Shown: in pieces, positions 1 to 11,331 of the stretch
How positions within the stretch are numbered: the first letter of the stretch is position 1
Layout: each line of letters begins with the position of its first letter
DNA from: Syncephalis fuscata S228
Taxonomy: Eukaryota > Fungi > Zoopagomycota
Assembly (NCBI GenBank): GCA_025786725.1
Contig: JAHLTZ010000015.1
Coordinates: 248,001-312,000, forward strand
Direction: 5' to 3'
Length of the DNA: 64,000 nucleotides
The notes under the pieces: generated by a model
The model's input: the letters and a program-made list of their open reading frames with translations, nothing else
Databases searched by the model: none
What the model was told of the DNA's origin: nothing
Program-made: the position numbers and the translations under genes

Positions 1-3000
1 ACGTTCAACATTGGAAATTATACGAGATGCACGTGCTATTGCACCACCTCGACGTGCATTTAGCAATACAGATGCCGATTCTACTGGTCCACATTCCTCT
101 TTGTCAAATAACGACACTATAGATGAGCAAGAGCATTTATCGACTGTAGGAACGTTTAAAATGGCAAAACATAACAGTTTAACCGCTCGAGTTAATCCAG
201 TACCGCAAGTAGGCGATAAACGACCGCCAACAGAAGAGAATGTATCGACAAGTGCAAAACGCCAACGTTCAACATCACTGTTGGAAAATGGTCATAAAAC
301 GATAGGTCGATCTACTACAGCCATGAGCAGTAAATTAGACAAGCGAGCCATGGCCCGAGAACAGGATAATACGCTGCTATCAGAAACATCGTCTACCAAT
401 ACACCCAGTCGTCCAGCACATGTATCGAATTCAACTAAAAATAATGCATTTTTAGAACGTGAAAAGGTAATTAATAGATTATATATACATTTATATCGAC
501 TAATTAGTTTAAATAACGACTATTTAGTTTGTATTACCAGCCATTCCTGAACCAGTTAGTCCCACCTGGCCAATGGAGTCTATGAAAAGTCCTATACATG
601 ACACCAATGCACCAGTACAACAAACACCAGCTGTTAAACCACCCACAATAGCATCGACGGAAGAAGAAACGGCCACAACTAATGGTAAAAGTAAGTATTT
701 AATAATATATTAATAATAATAGCTTATTAATAATAAATAGATCATGCTAATACATCCAAGTCAACACCGGCACATGTTTCTAAACCACCACCACCACGCA
801 CAACTATTAAAAGTTCTAAACGTACTGTACCAGCAGATCGTGCTAATCGTGGTGGCAAAAGAGCCATTCCTGTGGATCCAGCACTGGCTATTGCCATGGA
901 ATTGGCATCAGATCGTCCTTTAATACTGGATGAATTTTTTGCACGTAATCCTGATCTGCCTCATACAAGTAAGTTGTGTTGATTAATATTGGATAAATAG
1001 TTATTTATTATTTATTATCTGTTTATTTATAGAATTATTGCCACAGCGAGCCTTTCCTGATCATATCGTTGCATTTGATGGTGATGACACTTTATCGTTG
1101 ACATCGATTAGTACAAATAATCAATCACCTGTACCTATTATTAATAATGATGGTAAGATTATTTATTATTTATTTATATAGGCGCATAGACAAATATTAA
1201 TAATACACATTAATAGTTAAAAATGGCCAATCTAAAAAGTCTAATCCTACTGGCCGTATTATTCGATTACACAAACCTGTTACTGTCGTAGATTCGACAA
1301 TAAAAGCCGAGTGTATAACTGCCACTAAAAATGACGATGCTATGAATGTAGACGCCAAGAACGACAGTAACAATGATGGTAGCATTAATACATCTTCTAA
1401 TGCAAAGACATCAGATAGCAGTGCAGTTACACTAAAGAAGAAAACGACAAAATTATCTATTATTAAGTCTACTGACACTTCTACACCGATCGCTAATGAT
1501 ACAACAGATACAGTAACAGTTACAGCTGTATCAGCATCATTGGCGTCTAAAAAACGCAAGTCAGAAGCTAGTACTTCATCGACTACAGCAACTAAGAAGG
1601 CAGATGTAACTAGTTCAACTAAGTTACAAACACCGTCTAAAGAGTTGACAAAAGATAAATTAACGACCAAAAGTTCAAATAGTACCACTGATGGACGCAG
1701 TGCAAATCCTACAAGCCATACAACAACAGCATCACCATCATCATTATCGGATACTAAATCCAGCAAAACTACATCTTTAACTATTGATACTAAAAATGTA
1801 CCTGTGCTGAATGTAGCACCTACTAGCACTACAGCACCTACCTCAACATCATCTCACAGTCATTCTCGTAGTTCTAACAATAATAACAGTAATAATCGCG
1901 GATCAAGTCAGTCTACTTCTTCTCGACCAGCAGGTAGAGATAATACTGGTAGTAGTAGCACCAGTATTGGTGGTCAACGTGGCCGATCTCGTAGTCGCAG
2001 TCGCAGCCGTGAACGGGACCGTGATCGTGAGATAGACGTCGTCGTGAAGCAGCCCATAACACTGCTAGCACGTCTAATAATAATAATAATGATAATAATA
2101 GCAACACAACAGCAACAAAATAATAATAATACAAGTAGTAGCAATCATCATCGCTCACCTAGTCGTGAAAAGCGTAGTAGTGGAAAAGATCGTCGTAGCG
2201 GTGGCAGTAGTAGCCGAAATGATAATGGCCGTATGTCATCGCCACCACCACTATCTGCTTCATCCAATCGCTCTAGTTCCAACTATAACAATGGGTCTTC
2301 TAGCCGTCGACAAAGATCTCGTTCACCTAGCGGCAATAGACGACGTGCAGGCAGCAGTAGTGGTACAACAAACGATAGAGACCGCGATAGAGATACACGG
2401 CGTCGTCAATCAAGTCGGTCTCGTTCACGTTCACGTTCAAGATCGCCTCGTTCTCCAGGCCGTTCTTCAGTATCTCGACGCCAATCGATACGCTCATCGT
2501 CACCTCCACCTACTTGAGTAATAGTGCTAATATCCAGCATATTGCTTCATCATCCACACATCGATCTTCGCCTAAACGATCCAGTCATCGTAGTTCACGA
2601 GATGAAGGTAATCGTGGTAGTAGTGGTCGTGAAAGATCGGGTAGCGGTGCAGCTTCTCTTCGATCACCACGTATTCAGCATCAACACCATTCTAGTGGCA
2701 GTCAGCATCATCATCATCACAACAACAACAACAACAGCAATCATCCTCTTCATCCAATCAGCATGATCAGTCAGATTATGCAAATAGAGAAGATATGATT
2801 GCTAGAGCAACAGTATCCGCTAATACTGCTACGTCTACTGCTGCCACCACTACTATTGCTGCTGTTCATAACGAAGCTGATACTCAGTCATCAAAGAATA
2901 GTGATACTACAGCCACTGCTCGTAATACACCATCACGTCATTTAAATCTATCTGAATACAAACAGCAACGACATGCAGATCGTCAGCCTGAAAAGTCTAA

Positions 3001-3959
3001 TGCTAGTGGTAATACTAGTGAACAACAGCAATCATCTTCTCAACAACAACAGCCGCAACAACAAATGGATGTTCGTCTTAAAACACTTCGAACGTCAGAG
3101 AAACAGAAGCTGCGTCTTAATTAGTAAGTTAATCAATTGTATTTTATTAATGATTATTTATATTAATTATCTGAATAGCCATTTTCAATTGGCCCGCCGA
3201 TACAATAGACTGATCGAGCGGGCTCAAGCCAAGAATGAACGATCATGTCTGTTGCCTATCGATTTGTTATGATTATGAATGAAATGATTGCTTTTGAGAC
3301 CATTCAGCAGATTCGGGCTGATGAATCTCGTGATGCCATACTTTCTTCCATTCCAGACTGGGAGTCGTCAGTAACGGCCTTACCTCGCTGGCTACCGATT
3401 TACAGCGATCACAAGAGAATGCGTTATCGGGTCTATGCTATCGACTAGCTGTTGCAGCACAGCAACGTGTACTTGATCTACGTCTTCGCGCTGAATCAGC
3501 TGTAAGACGTCAGCAATTGGCCGAAGCATCAGCCAATCCAGCTCAAATGGGCAATGACGCATTGGCTGATCAATTATCAAAAGCATCGATTGCCTTTTAT
3601 AGAGCGGATACTGACGATAAACGGCTTGAAGAATGTGGCGAGCAGCCGATGCTAGCTTTACACTAAGTAGCATTCGAAGTGAATTTCCAAGTGTTTGGCG
3701 TCGTATTGTTGAAGGTGACTCGCCGGCACTAGATCCAGCGTTTAGTCCTTACATTCCTATACGTCAAGTTGTACCATTTGTATGGGAATTGGTGTGTGAA
3801 TATGCACGTCGTCATGACATTCACGACTTGCCACCTATGTTGCCTATGGAACCATCGACAAGTACAAGTAAATCGGCATCAATGTCGTCGGCATCATCTT
3901 CGTCGTCTGCTCTTGGTGGTGGTGCTGCTACAACATCTACACCACGTAAAAGTTCCTAA
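1..3959 (+). CDS. Large S/T/R-rich low-complexity protein with a C-terminal helical domain resembling the AF4/FMR2 C-terminal homology (fungal Ebp1_C) domain; 5' end lies outside the window
   Basis: Multi-exon, with GT..AG introns near 467-540, 692-740, 969-1032, 1154-1217 and 3124-3178. RS-dipeptide tract at 1980-2510. Rejoined across frameshifts, the C-terminus reads ...WESSVTALPRWL...ALSGLCYRLAV...RLEEMWRAADASF...PAFSPYIPIRQVVPFVWELV. The family call is from recalled motif similarity only. Confidence 0.5.
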
Positions 3960-5594
3960 AACAACATATAGACATCTACATACACCTACACACCTATAAA
4001 TACACCACATAACCATAGAGACTAGTCACCACTTGTAAAGCATTTTGGATTACATAACAGCCCATCCTTTTATTTATACTTTTATATGTGACTACACTGA
4101 TTGTTGCTGTAGGATGTGTGATACTGCTACTCGTAAGAGTATACTGCTTGTACGATATTTTATTTGATTATTGACGATGATATTGATGATCATGGTCATG
4201 ACATAGTGTATTGGCACCTTTTAAATCTACACACATAAACGCATACACATGCACACACATTACATACACGCATATACAGCAAAGAAGAAATGATATACTA
4301 GTGTGATGATACATGGTCAACTTAAATCATTAGTCAATTGACAAAAAATAATGAATTTCTATGCCATTTTATATCGACTCTTTATGGTGTTAATGCTTTG
4401 CTTCAACATCTTATTTGCATCCTTTTAATTATTTCTCCTTCGCTCTCTTTCAATTGTTGTTTGCATTTGCATAAGTAAGGGGACTCTCATTAATTATCAA
4501 TGAAATGATAATATATACACGGCAACACCGGTCGGTATACTATTATTGTTATCATTGATCATCAACGAGAGAAGACGACGTGCATCATTTATAGGCCAAC
4601 AATTCATTTTCATCTATTTTATATCTACAATTTACAACATTTTTGTTATGGAGCGCGATTTCCTTTGTCTCTTTGTTCTATCTTTGTTTCGGCCATGGCC
4701 GTATATCTTTTCTCTCAACCGCTGCCAATCTTCTTTTTTGCTCTATTGTTATTTGCCATTATCAACATATCATTATCATTGTCATCATCATCATTACTGT
4801 CATAATAGTAATATAATAACAATAGATATTAGTAGATTGTGCCTATTTATACTATAACGTGTCATTGTTTAAAAGACGGCAATAATAATATTAATTGTAG
4901 TGTTTATTAGATGTTAGATTAGAGATGTATTTATTATGATGATTGATTGTATTTTGAAATATTTTATATTTTAAATTGTAGAATAAATGTATTATTATAG
5001 TATTAAGTATTTGTCATTATCGTTACTATCATATTAATTAACCAACTACCATTGCTATTATAACTATGACTGTTATTGCTATTGTTATGTATTTACACTA
5101 TTATAATTGTTGCTATTACAATGATTAAATATTTAGTATTGCTATTATTGAATATTTACTGTTAGTATTATTGCATTATTACATTTTTACTTCGTTAAAC
5201 AGATAGATAAATAAATAGATATGTAGTATATTATATTATATTAATAGGCTATGATATATTAATATAATAGTTGGAATGAGTGGGCTAATGATCATATATA
5301 GCTACCGCAATAATTGCATCTAATATACTATAGTCTAAAAAATAATCAATGAAAAAGGCTGTCGTTTATTAGCACTTAACAAACAAACAAACAACCAAAT
5401 ACGTCAACAAATGTAAAGAAATCATCGGTAAATAGCACCAATAGTAACTGCAGTGTTAGCAATATCGGCATCATTGTCACAACAACATTCTATACAAATA
5501 AACACGCAACATGAACATTCGCATAGCAAGCAACATAGCAATAGCCGAACAAACTCAAAAAGAGGAAGCGGCTCTTGGAATGTAGCATGCCTAT

Positions 5595-7042
5595 TTAGAT
5601 AAGATCGGCAACGTTCATTGGCATCTCATCGATTTGCGTGTTGTAGAATTGTTCAATTTCACGCATCTTAATAACAGCTTCGGCAGTGACAAAGTTAATA
5701 GCCACGCCCTTACGACCGAAACGACCACCACGACCAATACGATGGATGTAGTTTTCGCGGTTGGTTGGCATATCGTAGTTAATGACCAACGATACCTGCT
5801 GGACATCAATACCACGAGCCAACAAATCAGTGGAGATAAGGACACGGCTGGAGCCGGAACGGAACTCCTTCATGATAAGTTCACGCTGGCTTTGTTCCAT
5901 ATCACCGTGCATGGCCGAGACGGTAAAGTCACGCTTGCGTAGTTCTTCAGTCAAAAAGTCGACCTTACGACGGGTGTTACAGAAGATGACAGCCTGAGTG
6001 ATCGTAACAGTTTCGTACAGATCGCAAAGGGTGTCAAGCTTCCATTCTTCTCTCTCGACAGATACGTAGAACTGCTTGATACCTTCGAGGGTAAGTTCAT
6101 CGCGCTTGACAAGAATGCGGATTGGGTCGCGCATGAACTTGGTCGTGACCTCGAGCACATCGGTCGGCATAGTGGCAGACAATAGGACGACCTGGGTGCT
6201 TGGTGGCAAAAGCTGGAAGACTTCGTAGATCTGGTCCTTGAAACCGCGCGACAACATTTCGTCGGCTTCGTCGAGAACGAACATCTTCATGGCATCGGTG
6301 GCAATGGCCTTACGGTTGATCATGTCGAAGACACGACCTGGCGTACCGACAACGATCTGGATACCGCCCTTGCTCAATGTCTCCATATCCTCACGGATAT
6401 TGGTGCCACCAATACAGGCGTGGGCTTTAATGTCCATGAAATCACCCAAGGCTGTTACGACCTTGTTGATTTGCAGAGCCAATTCACGTGTGGGGGCCAA
6501 CACGAGTGCTTGTGGCTGCTTAACGGCAGGGTCGATCTTTTGCAGGATCGAGATGGAGAAGGTAGCGGTCTTGCCAGTACCAGACTGCGCCTGCGCAATA
6601 ACGTCGTGGCCCTTGATGGCCGGCATAATGGCACGCTGCTGGATGGAGGAGGGGCGCTCAAAACCGTAGGCATAAATACCACGGAGCAGCTCCTCATGGA
6701 GACCCATATTGTCGAAATTGTCAATCACCTCATCCCAGTTGGACTGTTACACATAACGACAAAACACAATCAAGTATGCAAAATACACATTTGACAATAG
6801 ATTGCAAATTACAAGAGATCGTTAGCAAATAGTCATCATCACAATATGTGCATTGCAATACTTGCCTCAATTTCGATCTCATTAATTTCACCTTGATAAG
6901 CACTATATTATTGATAGACCGTTGTTAGATGATCAGCTCATTTAGACGGATCTTTAACTGATCATGGCCCATATGCATACTAGATATAGGCCATGATCTC
7001 GCTACCACTCTCCGCCCACTGGACAAGCACTTACTCAGCCAT
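5595..7042 (-). CDS. TIF1: Translation initiation factor eIF4A (DEAD-box helicase)
   Basis: Exons 7042-7035 (ATG GCT GA), 6902-6866 and 6743-5595. Motifs [40 protein letters not shown] and HRIGRGGR. Intron 2 (6865-6744) is GC-AG. Confidence 0.98.
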
Positions 7043-7518
7043 GGTTATAATATTTTGTTCTTTTTCTGTTTTTCTTCTTAAACTGTATCGTCAGGCTATT
7101 TTTATCTAATAGACACGGACGACAGTGTAATGCAGGGGGTTCCTTTACAACAACGATAATGTGTGTGTGGGTGGTGTAGAGAAGGAAGAACAGAAAAAAA
7201 ACGGGGGTGGACTCATAAGCACCACTGTTATTACTGCACAGCATGCTTGCCGCACACACACACACACACACACAATGAACAGTGTGGATGGGAATGGCTA
7301 TTAAACAGCACCAAATTAATACCAGACACATTATTATGTGTGTGTACACTTTCAATCTATCTCCACTGGCAGATAAATACGCTTCAAAGGTGTGAATGAG
7401 TGTGAATGAGTAAGAAAAAAAAAGCGAAAAATATACAATTTATCAATGATGATTGGTTGAAAATGTTTATTCTGTAAACTAGCAATTTGCAAAAAAATAC
7501 TGATAATTATACTGATAA

Positions 7519-10278
7519 TTATACTGAAGCTGAAGAAGATGAAGGCGAAGATGATTTGGTTCGTTTAAATTGTTCAAGTTCCTTGGGCGAAAGTTCCATA
7601 ATCTAAATAATAAACAAGTTATAATATAGCACATGCAATGCATCGTATACAAATGTCACTTCATTAGCTTGTAACTTGTAGCTAGTAACGCATGGTCTTA
7701 CCCGTAATGATTGTGGATTGTATTTATACGGTAAAATACCCAGTGTACCATCAAATCTATTATTTAATCACAATCAGTTAAATAAATAGTTATTTTAATA
7801 TAATAAACACTAGTCTACGTTAATCTTACCGATGCTTTTTTACATCAAGATATCGAAGTTTGTCGGTGATCTTTTGTAAAATGATAACATTGTCCGCTTC
7901 TTGTGTGATCTTGGCAGATCCAAATATTGAATTAATATCCAACTGCTCTTTATCTTCTTTGCGGGGATGTACAACTAATGTAACATGAACATTGTTATCG
8001 GTGGCAAATCGACGAAATAGCGATAATGCGTCCTCTTGAATCTCCCAGCGTTCTATGCCTCGGCCTTGGCCTGAAGTCATAAATTGTAGATTGTCGATAA
8101 TGACATGTTGCACATCGTGGGCATAGAGTGCGTATTGCATAGCATCAAGTACTGAAGCTATTTGAGTACTGCCAAAGAATTTCATAAAATACATAGGTAG
8201 CTAGTATAGTGTTCATGTTATTAATGTGGTTGCTATGTAAATACTATTAATAATAAAATACGTACCTGCTCAAATCGATTGGCCAACTCTTCGAATTCAT
8301 TGGATTATTCGATAAATCTTGACCAGCATATTGAAATAGCATCTTCTTAGCTAGTCGAGCATTATTAATCTCAAAACTTCCCCATAGTGTACTAATGCCG
8401 GAATGACAGAAATCAAGCGATAATTGACTAATCACTGTTGTTTTACCAGCACCTGTAGGGCCGGTAAGTACTGTCAATTCTCCTGGTCGATGCCCTTTCA
8501 TGATCTTATTCCATGTAGGAAGTGTTGTACTCTGAACACCTTTAAGTTGATCAGGATAAAGTATTTCACGGAATATCTCATCACGTAATCGATTAAAGGT
8601 AATTACTTGTCGATGTTCATGTGGTTTAGCGTTCTTTAGCATTTCATTAAGATCATGACCGGCTACCATGGCCTCCCAAGCATTTAATGGTCGGCCCTTT
8701 TGATTGGATGCTGGCTGTTTGTTCAGCTCTTTAGTTTGACCTTTACCATTAACAATAAAACATCGACCAAGTCCCAGTTTGTGAGCAAGTTTAGTGGCGG
8801 CTGCATTGCCAGCCAAATCATTATCAAGCCATATGTAAATTTATCAAATTGTTCAAGTAGTGGCAATGCATCCAGTGGTAATTGATACTGGCTTGAGGGT
8901 AGTGCAACGGCTGGAACATTAGTAGATTGATAAACGGCCATAGCATCGAATTCACGTGGTGTTATTACAACTGTACGTTTTTTTGACTTGAATGCCAACT
9001 GATAACCAAATAGACCGGCTGCCGCTCCATTAGCCGGTTCGTATATAACACGCTCTTGATCATTCCAATCCACTCCTCGTACACGTGTAATAACCAATGG
9101 CGATTCTGATGAATTAGATGTTGGATCAACTTTTGGATCAACTCGAATACCAAGACGTGGAAATGTAACATACAATGAACTGGATTCAGTTTCATTATCG
9201 TTTATATTTGATTTATGTATTGCTTCATCGTCAATTGGCGTTTCAGCAGATAAATGACCAACACCAACACCGTATGCCTCTAATACCGCTGGTTGAATAT
9301 GCATCTGATCTTCTTTAGTCCCGCTAATCCATGCTAAAATATCTGGATGGTCCTTTAAGTCGTTTACATATCCGCTTACATCTATCGCAGGTAATCGATT
9401 ACCCTCTTGGCCATTGTCGTCACTTAGCGATACAGTAGCTGTATTATTGTCACCCATAACTTCAGGTGCACGAACCATACGTAGAAAGTCGACCCATCCT
9501 GCTGTAGTACCGCAGCTTTGACAATTAAATGACCCGCTTAGTTTATCTAATCGTGCTGTGTACTGCGGTGTGTACATTTGATTCAGAGATTTTGACTTAT
9601 TAGAAGAGGATTTTGTACAGCTTGGACAACGTAGTGACATTTCAAGCGATGTCGATCCAGGTCGATTTGGAATACGTAATCGTTGGATTACATCAGTTAC
9701 TTCACCAGGTAATGGCATGTAATGTTTTGAATGAAATGTACTTTGACTTGGCTGTTTTGTAGTCTTTTTAGCTAATGAAAATGATTCAGTTGGTGACTGT
9801 TCTGTCATTTCGTTATTACTTTTATTCTTATTATTGAAGTGATTTACTTTTGACAAAAAGCTAGATTCTTTTGTTGATTTATAACTATTTGAATCATTGC
9901 TCGGTCGTTTCTGCATTGTATTTTTTGTAGAGTGTGGGTATTGCTGTCGTTTGCCATTGTTAATTGCACTCTTCTTATTAAACATTGGTTCATTATTTGG
10001 ATGTGTATATTTGCGCGGTTCAGCAATATTTAAATCGGTTTAGCTGAGCCAATCTTTTTCTCGGACGGGTCTAATACCGGTAATTTAGATATTGTTACGT
10101 CTTTTGAACGTGACGTCTGAGTAATAGAGTTACTCGGCTGTACTGACGGTATTTCCTGACGTGTAGACACTGCCTCAGCAGTTGATCGCGAAGCATTCCA
10201 AGTTGATAGTGCACGTACTGTACATTCCGACCGTCTTAGACCTACAAGTAATGCCCGACGAGCACTGACATAAGCCAT
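7519..10278 (-). CDS. TWNK: Twinkle mitochondrial primase-helicase (T7 gp4-like SF4 helicase)
   Basis: Arg/Ser-rich presequence-like N-terminus (MAYVSARRALLVGLRR). Cys4 CPSC..CQSC, TOPRIM-like VVITPREFDAMAV and WLDND, Walker A GPTGAGKTT, WGSFEI, HVIIDNLQF, HVTLVVHPRKE and GSAKITQEADNV. Introns in the 3' part; single-base frameshifts near 10040, 8840 and 8295. Confidence 0.95.
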
Positions 10279-11331
10279 TGAGTTATGTGTTGTTAACTGG
10301 AGCGTAAGAACTGTGTGTGTGTGTATAATTATCGTAATATTATACTATTATTTCAAAAATAGCTCACCAAACATACAGCTTAGCTATCTAAAAAAAGTTA
10401 TGTGGCATGCAAGGCAAATAATGACTATCGTTGCAGCTATTTAAGAAAAGTCAGCGTCGTTTATTATAAGAAGCTTTTCCAAAAGTTTTTTCGTTGTAAA
10501 ATAATATAAATTTGACTTGATTTAATTCCACTTGACCAACTCGTACTTTAATCCCCTTTAATATGAGCAAGTGGGTGAGTAAGTGAGTGAATGAGTGAGT
10601 GAGTGAACGACTGCCACTATTACTATTATCAATTTGTTGTGTTGTTGTTATTAAACACTAAATATACCCGCGCCGCTCTCCTATACTTTGCTTTTGCGCG
10701 TGTATCTGCGGGTTTTTGTGTCTATGCTGTATGCATGTGTGTGTACTCATCTATAGGGATTGTCTATCCAAACTCTTTGTTATCTTTTATGCTTCGTTAA
10801 CTACCATAGCGTGCAGTATCTATTCTTCTACTCATCTTGATTCCTTTGCTTGGGGGTGCAATCTGTTCTCAAGTACAAAAGTGCAAGATTAGTGTGCCTT
10901 GGTAAGAATCCAAACCAGCCATCATAGTACATGCTTGTCATTGGCCAGCGTGGACGGTCTCCTCTGACAACAACAACTTCTTACCTACACGCACCGACGT
11001 GCACGAGCTCATTTTACGTGCGGCGTTTTCATCTGTTAGCAATTATTTTTCTTTCTTTCTCTCTTCTTTACATTGCAGGGGTGATATCTGTGATAACGAC
11101 GACGACTAAGCTTTAAATTTCTAATAGATTGCGATAATCAATTGACGACACGAACTTGGAATAGCTGGCAGACGACTAACGTGTACTTATTATCGCGTCG
11201 GCAATATTGACATATTCGTTGTTAGTGCTTTTGTTACTATATTGCTATTTCAACGAGATCATAATAGTCTAGCTATTCGTAACTGTGACACGGATAGATT
11301 CGTTTATTTATTAAACGTATAATATTTATTA

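Noticed and set aside
5615-6794. Multiple overlapping and antisense ORFs over eIF4A, and similarly over Hook, the kinase, KDM4 and PMT2
   Set aside because: These are shadows of codon-biased real genes, with no recognisable motifs.
6780-6845. GTGATGA box-C-like motif in eIF4A intron 2
   Set aside because: There is no CTGA D box and no recognisable rRNA guide.
8295-10045. Programmed ribosomal frameshifting or pseudogenisation of Twinkle
   Set aside because: The same one-base losses occur throughout the window, including in ubiquitin, so sequencing error is far more parsimonious.
10811-10830. GTGCAGTATCTATTCTT resembling the U2 branch-recognition region
   Set aside because: It has mismatches at invariant positions and lacks the U2 5' stem-loop and Sm site.
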